Source: an uncultured delta proteobacterium
Lineage (GTDB): Bacteria > Desulfobacterota > Binatia > UBA9968
Assembly (NCBI GenBank): GCA_963745835.1
Contig: CAVUZH010000001.1
Location: 32,001-96,000, forward strand
Direction of reading: 5' to 3'
Length of the DNA stretch: 64,000 bases
Positions 13,561 to 23,083 of this stretch are shown in pieces. Position 1 is the first letter of the stretch. Each line of letters opens with the position of its first letter. The notes under the pieces are model-generated. The model was given only the letters and a program-made list of their open reading frames with translations. It made no database searches and was not told the DNA's origin. The position numbers were made by a program, and so were the translations under genes.

Positions 13561-13857
13561 ATACGATGTTTCTCATTGGATCTGAGTTTTTGTTGCCGCG
13601 GCACGTGACCATTATGGCCGCGCGGTCTTTTGTCTATTCCTCTACAGGCAAAGAGGGACAAAGAGAGTCTGAATTGGAACTCCGGCCATGCTGCTTTTTG
13701 GTCATTTCTGGTCCTCGTACTTGTTAGACATCGCGTTCTGCACACATTCGCTTTTACTGATCTACTGAAAATTGGGCGATAGAATCCTTCGGCCTGCCCG
13801 CGTCTCAACTTGTGGCTGACCTTCCACTTTGCTACAAGACAGGACTCACCTAACGTC

Positions 13858-15105
13858 ATGCGTTTGTCTCCCACTCCCTGGTTAGTTGCTGCTCTTGCCT
13901 TCGTCGTTCTCGGGTTTTCGCGCGGGCTGCATTCCTCATTTGGAGTTTTCAACGTCGCATTGCTTGATTCCTTCAACTGGAGCCGAGGCGCGACCGCCGG
14001 TATTTTCTCCGTTGTTCTTACGATTGACGCGATGTTGTCGCCGGTTGCCGGATATCTTCTCGACCGTTATGGAGCAAAAAAAATTGTGCTCGCCGGATGC
14101 CTTACTTTGGCATTGGGGCTTTTTTTAAGCAGCCAGGTAAGCGAGCTTTGGCACTTGTATATCTGCTTTGGTCTTATTACTGCTTTTGGCTTTACCTTTG
14201 TCGGCATGGTGCCGCACGTCTTTCTGATTTCCGAATGGTTCTCCTCAAATCGGGCCTCCGCTATAGGCGTCGTCTACGCCGGCTCCGGCGTAGGAATCAT
14301 GATTCTCGCGCCGCTCAGCGCATGGCTGATCGCGGCTTATGGTTGGGCGCGAGCTTTGGAGATTTACGCGGCAGTGGTTTTGATTTCACTCTTGCCGTTG
14401 GTGTGGATCTTTTATCAGCACGGACCGTTCGGCGAAAAGTTCCGCCATCATGGACAGAAAAGGAGTCAGCAAAAGCAATGGACGGCAAAGCTCGCGTTGA
14501 AAAGCCTTCAGTTTTGGCTGCTTTTCTTCGCGCGCATCTGCGCCGCGGCCGGTACGACCGTCATTGTGACTCATCAAGTCGCTCACGTTGTGGAGGTTGG
14601 CTATAGTCAATTGCTGGCTGCGTCCATTTTTGGTTTCGCGGGTATCACGAGCAGCTTTGGTCGGGTGGTTTTCGGTTTCATCGCCGATCGGTTGTCGAGA
14701 CAAGCCGCCTATACGCTCAACATCGCGATGACGTTGGTCGGTGTTGGCGCTCTAATGATCCTGCAGGATCCCAGCCAAACCTGGTTACTTTACGTCTACG
14801 TGATCTTCTTTGGCATAGGTTTCGGTTCCCGGGCGGTCATTTTCTCAGCTTTGACCGCAGACATCTTTTCCGGAAAAGGCTTTGGTTCGATTCTCGGTTA
14901 CTCGACAGTGGCCGTTGGCGTTGGCGGTGCGCTGGGCTCCTGGTTGGGTGGCGTATATTACGACTGGACCGGCAGTTATCTTGTTTCGTTTGGGTTATCG
15001 GGTTTGGTGCTGTCCTTATCTGACATTTGCATCTGGTTGGCTGCGGTTCCATCTGTGGCTAACTACGACAAGCGACTTTGGCGAGAGAGTCCAACGGCGC
15101 GATAA
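13858..15105 (+). CDS. MFS transporter (OFA/MCT-like)
   Basis: About 12 hydrophobic segments; GYLLDRYGAK and GFIADRLSR motif A. Confidence 0.9.
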   Translation: MRLSPTPWLVAALAFVVLGFSRGLHSSFGVFNVALLDSFNWSRGATAGIFSVVLTIDAMLSPVAGYLLDRYGAKKIVLAGCLTLALGLFLSSQVSELWHLYICFGLITAFGFTFVGMVPHVFLISEWFSSNRASAIGVVYAGSGVGIMILAPLSAWLIAAYGWARALEIYAAVVLISLLPLVWIFYQHGPFGEKFRHHGQKRSQQKQWTAKLALKSLQFWLLFFARICAAAGTTVIVTHQVAHVVEVGYSQLLAASIFGFAGITSSFGRVVFGFIADRLSRQAAYTLNIAMTLVGVGALMILQDPSQTWLLYVYVIFFGIGFGSRAVIFSALTADIFSGKGFGSILGYSTVAVGVGGALGSWLGGVYYDWTGSYLVSFGLSGLVLSLSDICIWLAAVPSVANYDKRLWRESPTAR

Positions 15106-15276
15106 CCAGGCTCTCCCGGCGCACCTGAGCATTGCTCATCAGTGCATTCGCCGCCGCATGTGCTATCTTGGTCCCCGCTAACTCTTGGTTCAACAAAACG
15201 CCAACCTGCTTAGCCTCGCCTAGCGCGATCACCGCTGCGTCAACCTTGAGGGTGTGACGAGAAGTTGTTATTTTGA

Positions 15277-15654
15277 ATGTCTCGGATTCCCATGGATGCC
15301 CGCTTGCGCGAAGGGATAAATCTTTTCAATCAGGGTCGTTTTTTTGAGGCTCACGAAAACTGGGAGATGCTCTACCAGAGCGCCGAGATAAACGACAAAT
15401 CATTTCTCGAGGGATTGATCCAACTATCTGCGGCTTGCCGGTTGATCGACGATTTCGGCGAGATCAGAGGACCGGTTAAGTTAATCTACCAAGCGCTTAT
15501 CCGCTTTGAGAATTATCAACCCACCTATTTGGACGTCAAGGTGGCCGACCTGGCTGTGGCGATGGAGGCCTGGGCCAAAGAGCTCGAGGCTAGCGGTGTT
15601 AGAGGACGGAAGCCTGTACCAACTATCGCCGTGCGGCGCTTCGGGTTTTTCTAA
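15277..15654 (+). CDS. DUF309-family protein
   Basis: GINLFNQGRFFEAHENWE and GLIQ motifs. Confidence 0.85.
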   Translation: MSRIPMDARLREGINLFNQGRFFEAHENWEMLYQSAEINDKSFLEGLIQLSAACRLIDDFGEIRGPVKLIYQALIRFENYQPTYLDVKVADLAVAMEAWAKELEASGVRGRKPVPTIAVRRFGFF

Positions 15655-18600
15655 ATGAGCCTTTCACAATTGGAAGAGACACTGCGTCGCTTTCTCAATG
15701 GGCGGTGGGCAGGAGCCAAGCGACTTCAGGGTCTCCAGGGCGGTGCGCTTGCCTATGTGTTGGGGCTGGCTGCGGAACAAAACAACCGCCCAATGCTGGT
15801 CATCGCCGCTAGCGCTCAGAGTGCCGAAAACTTGCATCGCGATCTTAGCTTCTTTATCGGTGAGGAGCCCTCGTTAGCTCCATTCCGTAAAAGGCTTCAT
15901 CTGTTCCCATCGTGGGAGGTTCTTCCGTTCGAGAAGTTATCTCCTCATCCCGACAATCTCGCTGGACGACTAGAGGGACTCTATAAGCTCGTTGAAGAGC
16001 CGGCGCCTATCTTAATATCAACCCCTGCCGCGCTGATGCAGAAAGTCATCCCGCGAGATGCCCTAAAACGATCTTACCTCTACATTGTTGCCGGTCAGGA
16101 TCTGTCCCGTGAAGTGTTAACTGAGCATCTGGCGCAGTGGGGCTTTCAGAACGTTCCGCTGGTGGAAGAATATGGTGACTTCAGCGTGCGTGGCGGCATC
16201 ATCGATCTATTTTCCCCGGGTTACAAGTTGCCGATCCGCTTGGAGTTCGATGGCGATCGTTTGGAATCCATCCGCGAATTCAATCCCTCGAGTCAACGCT
16301 CGGAGGGAGTCTTAGAAGACCTTCTTTTGTTGCCGGTGAAGGAATTTTCGCTCAAGCGAGTTGGCACCGATCACATCGTCAGGAAACTGGACCAGCGCGG
16401 GATCGAGTTGGATATGGACAGGCGCGAGAAAAATGCTTTGCTGGATTCGATCAAGGAAGGCATTCCTTTTCCCGGCATCGAATTCTTACTTCCATATTTC
16501 TATCACGAACTGACATCGGTGTTTTCTTACCTGCCATTCGATACGTTGGTTTGTCTGGCGGGGGCGGATCGGGTCGAAGCAGAGGTTGAGCGATTTGCGA
16601 AACTGGCCTGGGATCGCAATGCCAAAGCAAAAGAAGAAGGACGCTTGGTGGCACCCGCGGAAGGGCTCTTTCTCCACGAGCATGAATGGCGCGCGGCCAT
16701 GGAACCTTTGGCTCAAGTCAATTGCGAAGCATTGACCATCATGGCTGCCTCGGAGCGCTTGCAGGAATCGACCTTAACGATTGATTCGTTCCTTACCAAC
16801 GACATCCAGCACGAAAGTCTCATTAAGCACGGCAAAGAGCCGTCGTTGGCGCCGCTCGTCGAACGACTCGGTAGATGGCAGGACCAAAAAGTAATTTTTG
16901 TTGCGCCAACCAGAGGCGATGCTGGTCGATTGCGAGAGTTACTGGGCCATTACGAAATCGACGTTCCGGTGATGGAGCAACCGGTTAATGCGCTGCTGAG
17001 CACGGCTAAGCTCCCCCGGGCAATCGTCCTGGGTCATCTCAATCAAGGATTCCGTCTGCCGGCCGCGGGCTTGGTCGCCATGACTTTCGACGAGATTTTC
17101 GGAACTCACAAGCGCCATTCCACGACGTTGGCCAAAAAGCACCCGAGCCATTTTCTCACCAGCTTGAGCGAACTGAAGCAGGATGATTTCGTGGTTCATC
17201 TCGATCATGGCATCGGCGTTTACCGCGGCCTGAAATTTCTGACGGTGGCCGGCGTCCAAGGCGAGTTTCTGCACTTGGAGTATGAGGCCGGGGATCGGCT
17301 TTACCTGCCGGTAGACCGCATCAATGTCGTGCAGAAGTACATCGGTGGCGATGGTGCGCAGCCTTCGCTCGACAAGCTCGGCGGCACCTCCTGGGAACGG
17401 GTCAAGGCCAAAGCCCGCAAATCGATTTTCGCAATGGCGGAGGAACTGATTCAGCTCTATGCGGTGCGTGAAGCTCGCCAAGGCAATGCTTTTGCGCCGC
17501 CGGATGCGCTTTACCGCGAGTTCGAAGCCGGTTTTGAATTTGAAGAAACGCACGATCAACAGCGCGCCATCGACGAATCTCTTACCGATATGCAGCGACC
17601 AAAGCCGATGGATCGATTGGTGTGCGGCGATGTCGGTTTCGGCAAGACCGAGGTGGCGATGCGCGCTGCCTTTCTAGCAGTGGAGGGCGGCAAGCAGGTG
17701 GGGGTGCTGGCGCCGACGACGATTCTGGCGCAACAGCACCTACAAACTTTTCGCCATCGCTTTCGCAATCATCCCGTGCGCATCGAAATGGTCAGCCGTT
17801 TTTTGACAAGTAAGGAGATCGAACAGGTTCTCAAGGATGCGGCGAGAGGGATCGTCGATATCGTCATCGGCACACATCGGCTGCTGCAAAAAGATGTCGA
17901 GTTCAAGGATCTAGGCCTGGTAATTATCGATGAGGAGCATCGATTCGGGGTGGCGCATAAGGAGCGCCTTAAAAAGTTGCGTCAGATGGTCGACGTCATG
18001 AGCCTTACGGCGACGCCGATCCCGCGCACGCTCCATATGTCGATTATCGGTATACGCGATTTGAGCATTATCGAAACTCCGCCGGTTGACCGCCTGGCAA
18101 TCCAAACCTATGTTACTCGCTACGATGAGCGGCTGATTCGCGATGCGATCTTGCGCGAATTGGAACGTGGCGGACAGGTATTTTTTTTACACAACCGAGT
18201 TGAAACAATCGATCGGATCGCCATGAAACTTGCCGACCTGATTCCCGAAGCCAAGCTGGCTGTGGCACATGGTCAAATGAAACCCAAAGATCTGGAAAGA
18301 GTGATGCTCAAGTTTCTCAACAATGAGACCCAAGTCCTGGTCTGCTCGGCGATTATCGAGTCGGGCCTGGATTTTCCCAACGCCAACACCATCATTATCA
18401 ACCGCGCCGATCGGTTTGGCTTGGCGCAACTGTACCAGTTAAGAGGGCGGGTTGGCCGCTCGCACCGGCATGCTTATGCTTATCTCCTCATTCCCGGCGA
18501 ACAGGCGATTACTCCAGACGCGGAGAAGAGACTGCGGGCGCTTCAAGAGATCGATGGGCTGGGTGGCGGGTTCAAATTAGCGCTGCACGATCTGGAAATC

Positions 18601-19215
18601 CGCGGCGCGGGTAATCTTTTGGGGCAGCAGCAGTCCGGTAATATTACCGCGGTTGGATTTGAGCTTTACACCGAAATGATGGAAAATGCCGTCCGTGAAC
18701 TTAGAGGCGAAGAAGTGACGCCCAACGTCGAACCGGAAATCCGTTTAGGCATCTCCGCTTATTTTCCCGATGATTATATTCCCGATGTGAATCAGCGTTT
18801 GTTTTTCTACAAGCGGCTGGCGAGCTTGCGTAGTCCGCTTGAGCTGGAGGAGATCAAGGAAGAGATCCGGGATCGGTTTGGTCCTTATGGCGCCGCAGTG
18901 GAAAATCTCTTTTTGGTTATGAATCTGCGCCGCGTGCTCAAAGAATTTCTGGTGCAGCAGATCAGCGTGTCTGACGGGAGAGTCTTTTTGCTGTTTCACC
19001 CGCAATCACCGGTGAAAATCGAAAAACTCCTGGAATTGATCAACAAACCGAAGAGCCGCTTCAGGCTAGCACCGGACGGCCGGCTGTCGTTCTCACCGAA
19101 GAACCAAGAATGGGAAATCTTGGTTAGTGAAGTGGAAGAGTTGCTCTATAGCATTCATGAGCCTGCGGTGAATATGGCGCCCAGTTCCATACCCCTGCAT
19201 GATAGTGCGATGTAG
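15655..19215 (+). CDS. mfd: Transcription-repair coupling factor
   Basis: UvrB-homology N-terminus, RID (VVHLDHGIG), CGDVGFGKT, DEEHRFGV, TATPIPRT, QLRGRVGR and TRCF C-terminus. Confidence 0.98.
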   Translation: MSLSQLEETLRRFLNGRWAGAKRLQGLQGGALAYVLGLAAEQNNRPMLVIAASAQSAENLHRDLSFFIGEEPSLAPFRKRLHLFPSWEVLPFEKLSPHPDNLAGRLEGLYKLVEEPAPILISTPAALMQKVIPRDALKRSYLYIVAGQDLSREVLTEHLAQWGFQNVPLVEEYGDFSVRGGIIDLFSPGYKLPIRLEFDGDRLESIREFNPSSQRSEGVLEDLLLLPVKEFSLKRVGTDHIVRKLDQRGIELDMDRREKNALLDSIKEGIPFPGIEFLLPYFYHELTSVFSYLPFDTLVCLAGADRVEAEVERFAKLAWDRNAKAKEEGRLVAPAEGLFLHEHEWRAAMEPLAQVNCEALTIMAASERLQESTLTIDSFLTNDIQHESLIKHGKEPSLAPLVERLGRWQDQKVIFVAPTRGDAGRLRELLGHYEIDVPVMEQPVNALLSTAKLPRAIVLGHLNQGFRLPAAGLVAMTFDEIFGTHKRHSTTLAKKHPSHFLTSLSELKQDDFVVHLDHGIGVYRGLKFLTVAGVQGEFLHLEYEAGDRLYLPVDRINVVQKYIGGDGAQPSLDKLGGTSWERVKAKARKSIFAMAEELIQLYAVREARQGNAFAPPDALYREFEAGFEFEETHDQQRAIDESLTDMQRPKPMDRLVCGDVGFGKTEVAMRAAFLAVEGGKQVGVLAPTTILAQQHLQTFRHRFRNHPVRIEMVSRFLTSKEIEQVLKDAARGIVDIVIGTHRLLQKDVEFKDLGLVIIDEEHRFGVAHKERLKKLRQMVDVMSLTATPIPRTLHMSIIGIRDLSIIETPPVDRLAIQTYVTRYDERLIRDAILRELERGGQVFFLHNRVETIDRIAMKLADLIPEAKLAVAHGQMKPKDLERVMLKFLNNETQVLVCSAIIESGLDFPNANTIIINRADRFGLAQLYQLRGRVGRSHRHAYAYLLIPGEQAITPDAEKRLRALQEIDGLGGGFKLALHDLEIRGAGNLLGQQQSGNITAVGFELYTEMMENAVRELRGEEVTPNVEPEIRLGISAYFPDDYIPDVNQRLFFYKRLASLRSPLELEEIKEEIRDRFGPYGAAVENLFLVMNLRRVLKEFLVQQISVSDGRVFLLFHPQSPVKIEKLLELINKPKSRFRLAPDGRLSFSPKNQEWEILVSEVEELLYSIHEPAVNMAPSSIPLHDSAM

Positions 19216-19329
19216 TGACCCTTACATGGATCACATTTTGACGCGGCGAGGTTTGGCTTTTTTCGACCATCGTGTTACGCCTAAACAAGTCTATATACCC
19301 AACACATCATCTGCCGGGGTAAGATTCTT

Positions 19330-20649
19330 ATGCTGAGGCATGCCTTTAGAAACAGCTTTTTGATCATATCTTTTCTGCTTCTTATTCCCTTGTCACTGCA
19401 GGGCCGAGTCGTTGAACAGATTGTTACGGTGATCGATGGGGAGCCGTACACTCTCACAAATATTGCCGCCTACGCGAAGAGCAAGATGGGGCGAGAGTTC
19501 CCCGTCGGGTCACTGGAAAAAATCAACGGCAGCGATCGAGAAGTACTGGAGCAGTTTATTACGGAAAAGCTGCTCGACGCGGAAATACGCGAGGCTGGAA
19601 TCAAAGTTACCGACCAGGATATCGAAGTCTACATAGATCAGATCAAGCAGAAGAATCGTCTCACGGACGCGGATTTGAAAACTGCCTTGAGCCGTGAGGG
19701 ACAAACCTTGCAGGGCTACAAGGCTTCAGTCCGAGCCGAGCTTGAGAAAGGTGAGTTGATCAATCGTCAGGTGCGAAAGAAAGTCAATATCACCGATGAG
19801 GACGTCGAACGATACTACAAGCTGAATTCGAAGAACTATAGGGCCGATGATCGCGCTCGGATTCGTCATATCTTGCTGCCGCTGTCCGAGAAAGCTTCGC
19901 CAGAAGAAGTACAAGCGGCGGTCGCAAAGGGCAACGGGTTGTACGATCAAATTGCCGCGGGCGAAGATTTCGCCAGGTTGGCGCAAAAATATTCCGACGG
20001 GGCTGGCCGGGAATCAGGTGGCGATATTGGCTGGGTAAATCGTGGAACCTTGTTGAAGCCCATCGAGGATGCTGCGTTCGACAAGCTTTCGGTCGGCGAA
20101 GTCAGCCGCCCGATCCGGAGCAGCATGGGTTTGCACTTGGTTAAACTGGAGAGCCGGAATCTCGGCGCGGTTCTTCCATTATCTTCAGTGGCTTCCAGGA
20201 TCAAGGAAGAGCTCTACACCAAAGCGATGGAGGAGCGTTACTCTAAATGGCTCAAAACCGAGCTGCGTCGCAAGCATACTGTCGATGTAAAAATTGCCGG
20301 GGTCGTATTCAAGCCGGAAGATTCGAAGGAAGATACCATGGGTTCCCTGATGGCCAAGTCTCCTCGGCTTAACCGAAAAGAGGAGCGTGGGTTTTTAGGT
20401 TATTTGAATCCACTTTCGTATGTGATCAAGGAAACCGCGTCTGATGAACAAGATCAGAAAACGGGACCGCTAGCCGGCAAGAATGTCGTTAGCGTCTTCG
20501 GCGTGCCGCTTTTTACTACGGATCGAGTCGATGATGTTCCCGATATACTCTCTCCACCCGTGCAGTCTGAAAAAAATTCGGAACCACAAGAATCAGACAG
20601 CGGCTTTTTCTCCTCCATTGTAAACCGGTTGAACCCCTTCAAGCGCTAG
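19330..20649 (+). CDS. surA: SurA-like periplasmic chaperone / parvulin PPIase with C-terminal extension
   Basis: Signal peptide, SurA N-domain, RIRHIL...FARLAQKYS...GGDIGW parvulin domain; mfd-surA-pdxA synteny. Confidence 0.8.
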   Translation: MLRHAFRNSFLIISFLLLIPLSLQGRVVEQIVTVIDGEPYTLTNIAAYAKSKMGREFPVGSLEKINGSDREVLEQFITEKLLDAEIREAGIKVTDQDIEVYIDQIKQKNRLTDADLKTALSREGQTLQGYKASVRAELEKGELINRQVRKKVNITDEDVERYYKLNSKNYRADDRARIRHILLPLSEKASPEEVQAAVAKGNGLYDQIAAGEDFARLAQKYSDGAGRESGGDIGWVNRGTLLKPIEDAAFDKLSVGEVSRPIRSSMGLHLVKLESRNLGAVLPLSSVASRIKEELYTKAMEERYSKWLKTELRRKHTVDVKIAGVVFKPEDSKEDTMGSLMAKSPRLNRKEERGFLGYLNPLSYVIKETASDEQDQKTGPLAGKNVVSVFGVPLFTTDRVDDVPDILSPPVQSEKNSEPQESDSGFFSSIVNRLNPFKR

Positions 20650-20697
20650 CCCTCCGGTTCTCTGTTAAGCTGCCCGATCTCGGATCCATCTAAGCTT

Positions 20698-21723
20698 ATG
20701 TCGCGTAAACCGATAGTTGCCGTAACTATGGGCGATCCTGCAGGGGTAGGCCCCGAAGTCATTCTGAAGGCGCTCAACCATCGGGCGGTGGGGCGGGCGT
20801 GCAATCCGCTGATTCTTGGGGATTGGGGAGTTCTCCAACGCGTCCGTGCCAGAAGTAAACGGCTTCCCAAGTTAATTTCCTGGCAATCCGGGATGCCGTT
20901 GTTGCCTCTATTACGTGGCAGTGGCGGCTTTGTCGTATGTCCTCTCTCGACCTTGCGTGAAAATGAATCGCGCCCGGGCCGGCCGGTAAAAGCGGGCGGG
21001 CATGCGGCCTATCGCTATATAACCGTGGCGGCTCGACTGGCCCTGTCGAGTGTAGCCGATGCGATTGCGACGGCACCTATCAGCAAGAGTATCTTGATCG
21101 ATGCAGGCTATAACTATCCGGGGCATACCGAACTTCTTGCGGAGCTCAGCCGGACGCCGGAATGTCGCATGATGTTGATCGGCAAAAAACTGCGAGTTGT
21201 CCTGGTGACCGGACATGTAGGTTATACCAAGGTGGTGCGCTCGTTGACGTGTGATGGCATTCGGACGACCCTGGAGCTGACCCATCGGGCTCTGAAAAAT
21301 TCGTTCGGGATCGCGCGGCCGCGCATCGCTGTAGCGGCTTTGAATCCGCACGGCGGTGAAGAAGGGATTTTCGGAAGTGAAGAAAAAGAGATAATCGTGC
21401 CCGGAGTTCAAGCCGCAAAACGCAAGGGAATTCCAGCATCCGGGCCGTTTCCGGCCGATAGTCTTTTTCACAAAGCCGCGCGCGGAGAATATGACGCGGT
21501 AGTCTGCATGTATCACGATCAGGGGTTGATCCCTCTCAAGCTGCATCATTTTTTTGGCGGAGTGGCGCTCACCTTAGGGCCGCCCTTCATTCGAACCTCG
21601 GTCGATCACGGCACAGCCTATGACATCGCCGGCTCCGGCAGAGCCGATGAAACCAGCATGGCGCAAGCGATCTTGCTTGCGGCAGAATTAGCCAGGCTAA
21701 GAATGAAGAGCAAAAATCATTGA
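20698..21723 (+). CDS. pdxA: 4-hydroxythreonine-4-phosphate dehydrogenase
   Basis: TMGDPAGVGPE, GHTE, NPHGGE, MYHDQGLIP, RTSVDHGTA. Confidence 0.96.
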   Translation: MSRKPIVAVTMGDPAGVGPEVILKALNHRAVGRACNPLILGDWGVLQRVRARSKRLPKLISWQSGMPLLPLLRGSGGFVVCPLSTLRENESRPGRPVKAGGHAAYRYITVAARLALSSVADAIATAPISKSILIDAGYNYPGHTELLAELSRTPECRMMLIGKKLRVVLVTGHVGYTKVVRSLTCDGIRTTLELTHRALKNSFGIARPRIAVAALNPHGGEEGIFGSEEKEIIVPGVQAAKRKGIPASGPFPADSLFHKAARGEYDAVVCMYHDQGLIPLKLHHFFGGVALTLGPPFIRTSVDHGTAYDIAGSGRADETSMAQAILLAAELARLRMKSKNH

Positions 21724-23074
21724 ATCCATCGATCTTTCGCGAATACGATATCCGGGGGCTGGCAGAGAAAGAGTTCGATGAAGATTTTGCTCTCCTGCTT
21801 GGCAAAGTGCACGGCACGATCATCAATGAGGCGGGCGGTGCTCGCGTTAGTGTAGGCCGCGATTGCCGTGCTACTTCCTATCGTTACACTCAGGCTGTCA
21901 TAGCCGGGCTGGTTTCGACGGGTCTCCAAGTCACTGATATTGGTGTCTGTCCGACACCGTTGCTTTATTTCTCGCTGTTCCATCTCGACACCGACGGTGG
22001 TATCGAGGTCACCGCGAGCCACAATCCCTCAGAGTATAATGGATTCAAGCTTTGCCTTGGTAAGGACACGCTTTACGGCGCGCAAATCCAGGACATCAAA
22101 ACTAGAATCGAGCAAAATCATTTCGTCGAGAAGCCCGGCGGCACGGTCGAACACTATGACATCGCTGTGCCTTACCAAGAGCATCTGTTGCGCGACGTTC
22201 CTAAGTTAAAACGCTCTCTCAAGGTGGTCGTCGACGCCGGTAGCGGCGTTGGCGGACCCGTGGCGCCGCCTATTTTCCGTCATTTAGGCTGCACGGTTTG
22301 GGAGATCGCCTGTACACCCGACGGTAATTTTCCAATCCATCATCCCGACCCCACCGTCCCCGAAAATCTCGAGCTTCTTATTGAAAAAGTTCGCGCGGAA
22401 GGGGCCGACTTAGGAATAGCTTACGATGGAGATGCTGATCGTATCGGCGCTGTGGATGAACAGGGCAGGATCGTCTGGGGGGATGAATTGATAGTGATTT
22501 TTGCCCGCGATATTCTCCAGCGTAACCCCAGACGCGACGATCATTTCTGAAGTCAAATGCTCGCAACGGCTTTACGACGATATCGTCGCCCGCGGTGGCG
22601 TACCGATCATGTGGAAAGCGGGCCACTCGCTGTTAAAGGCTAAGTTGAAGGAAACTAATGCCCTGTTGGCCGGTGAGATGAGCGGCCATATGTTCTTCAA
22701 AGAGCGTTACTTCGGTTATGACGATGCGATTTATGCTTCGCTGCGGTTGCTGGAGATTATTGCCAATTCCGGATAGACCTTTCTCGGCCTTGCTTGCGGA
22801 CCTGCCTCGGACTGTATCGACACCCGAAATCAGAATCGACTGCCCGGATGATAGGAAATTTATCATCGCCGAAAGGGCAAAAGAGTATTTTCGTCAGCAC
22901 TACGATATCATTGACATCGACGGCGTGCGCGTGCAGTTCCCCGAAGGCTGGGGGCTGATTCGCGCATCGAATACGCAGCCGGCACTGGTGCTTCGTTTTG
23001 AGGCTCAAACTGCGGAGAAAATGAACGAATATCGCGCCTTGGTCGAAGGCAAGCTTAAGGAACTGGAGATCTGA
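21720..23074 (+). CDS. Phosphomannomutase/phosphoglucomutase (AlgC-like), two apparent frameshifts near 22530 and 22772
   Basis: IFREYDIRG, TASHNP, DGDADR, then GEMSGH and RASNTQP in successive frames. Confidence 0.9.
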
Positions 23075-23083
23075 CAACCGATA

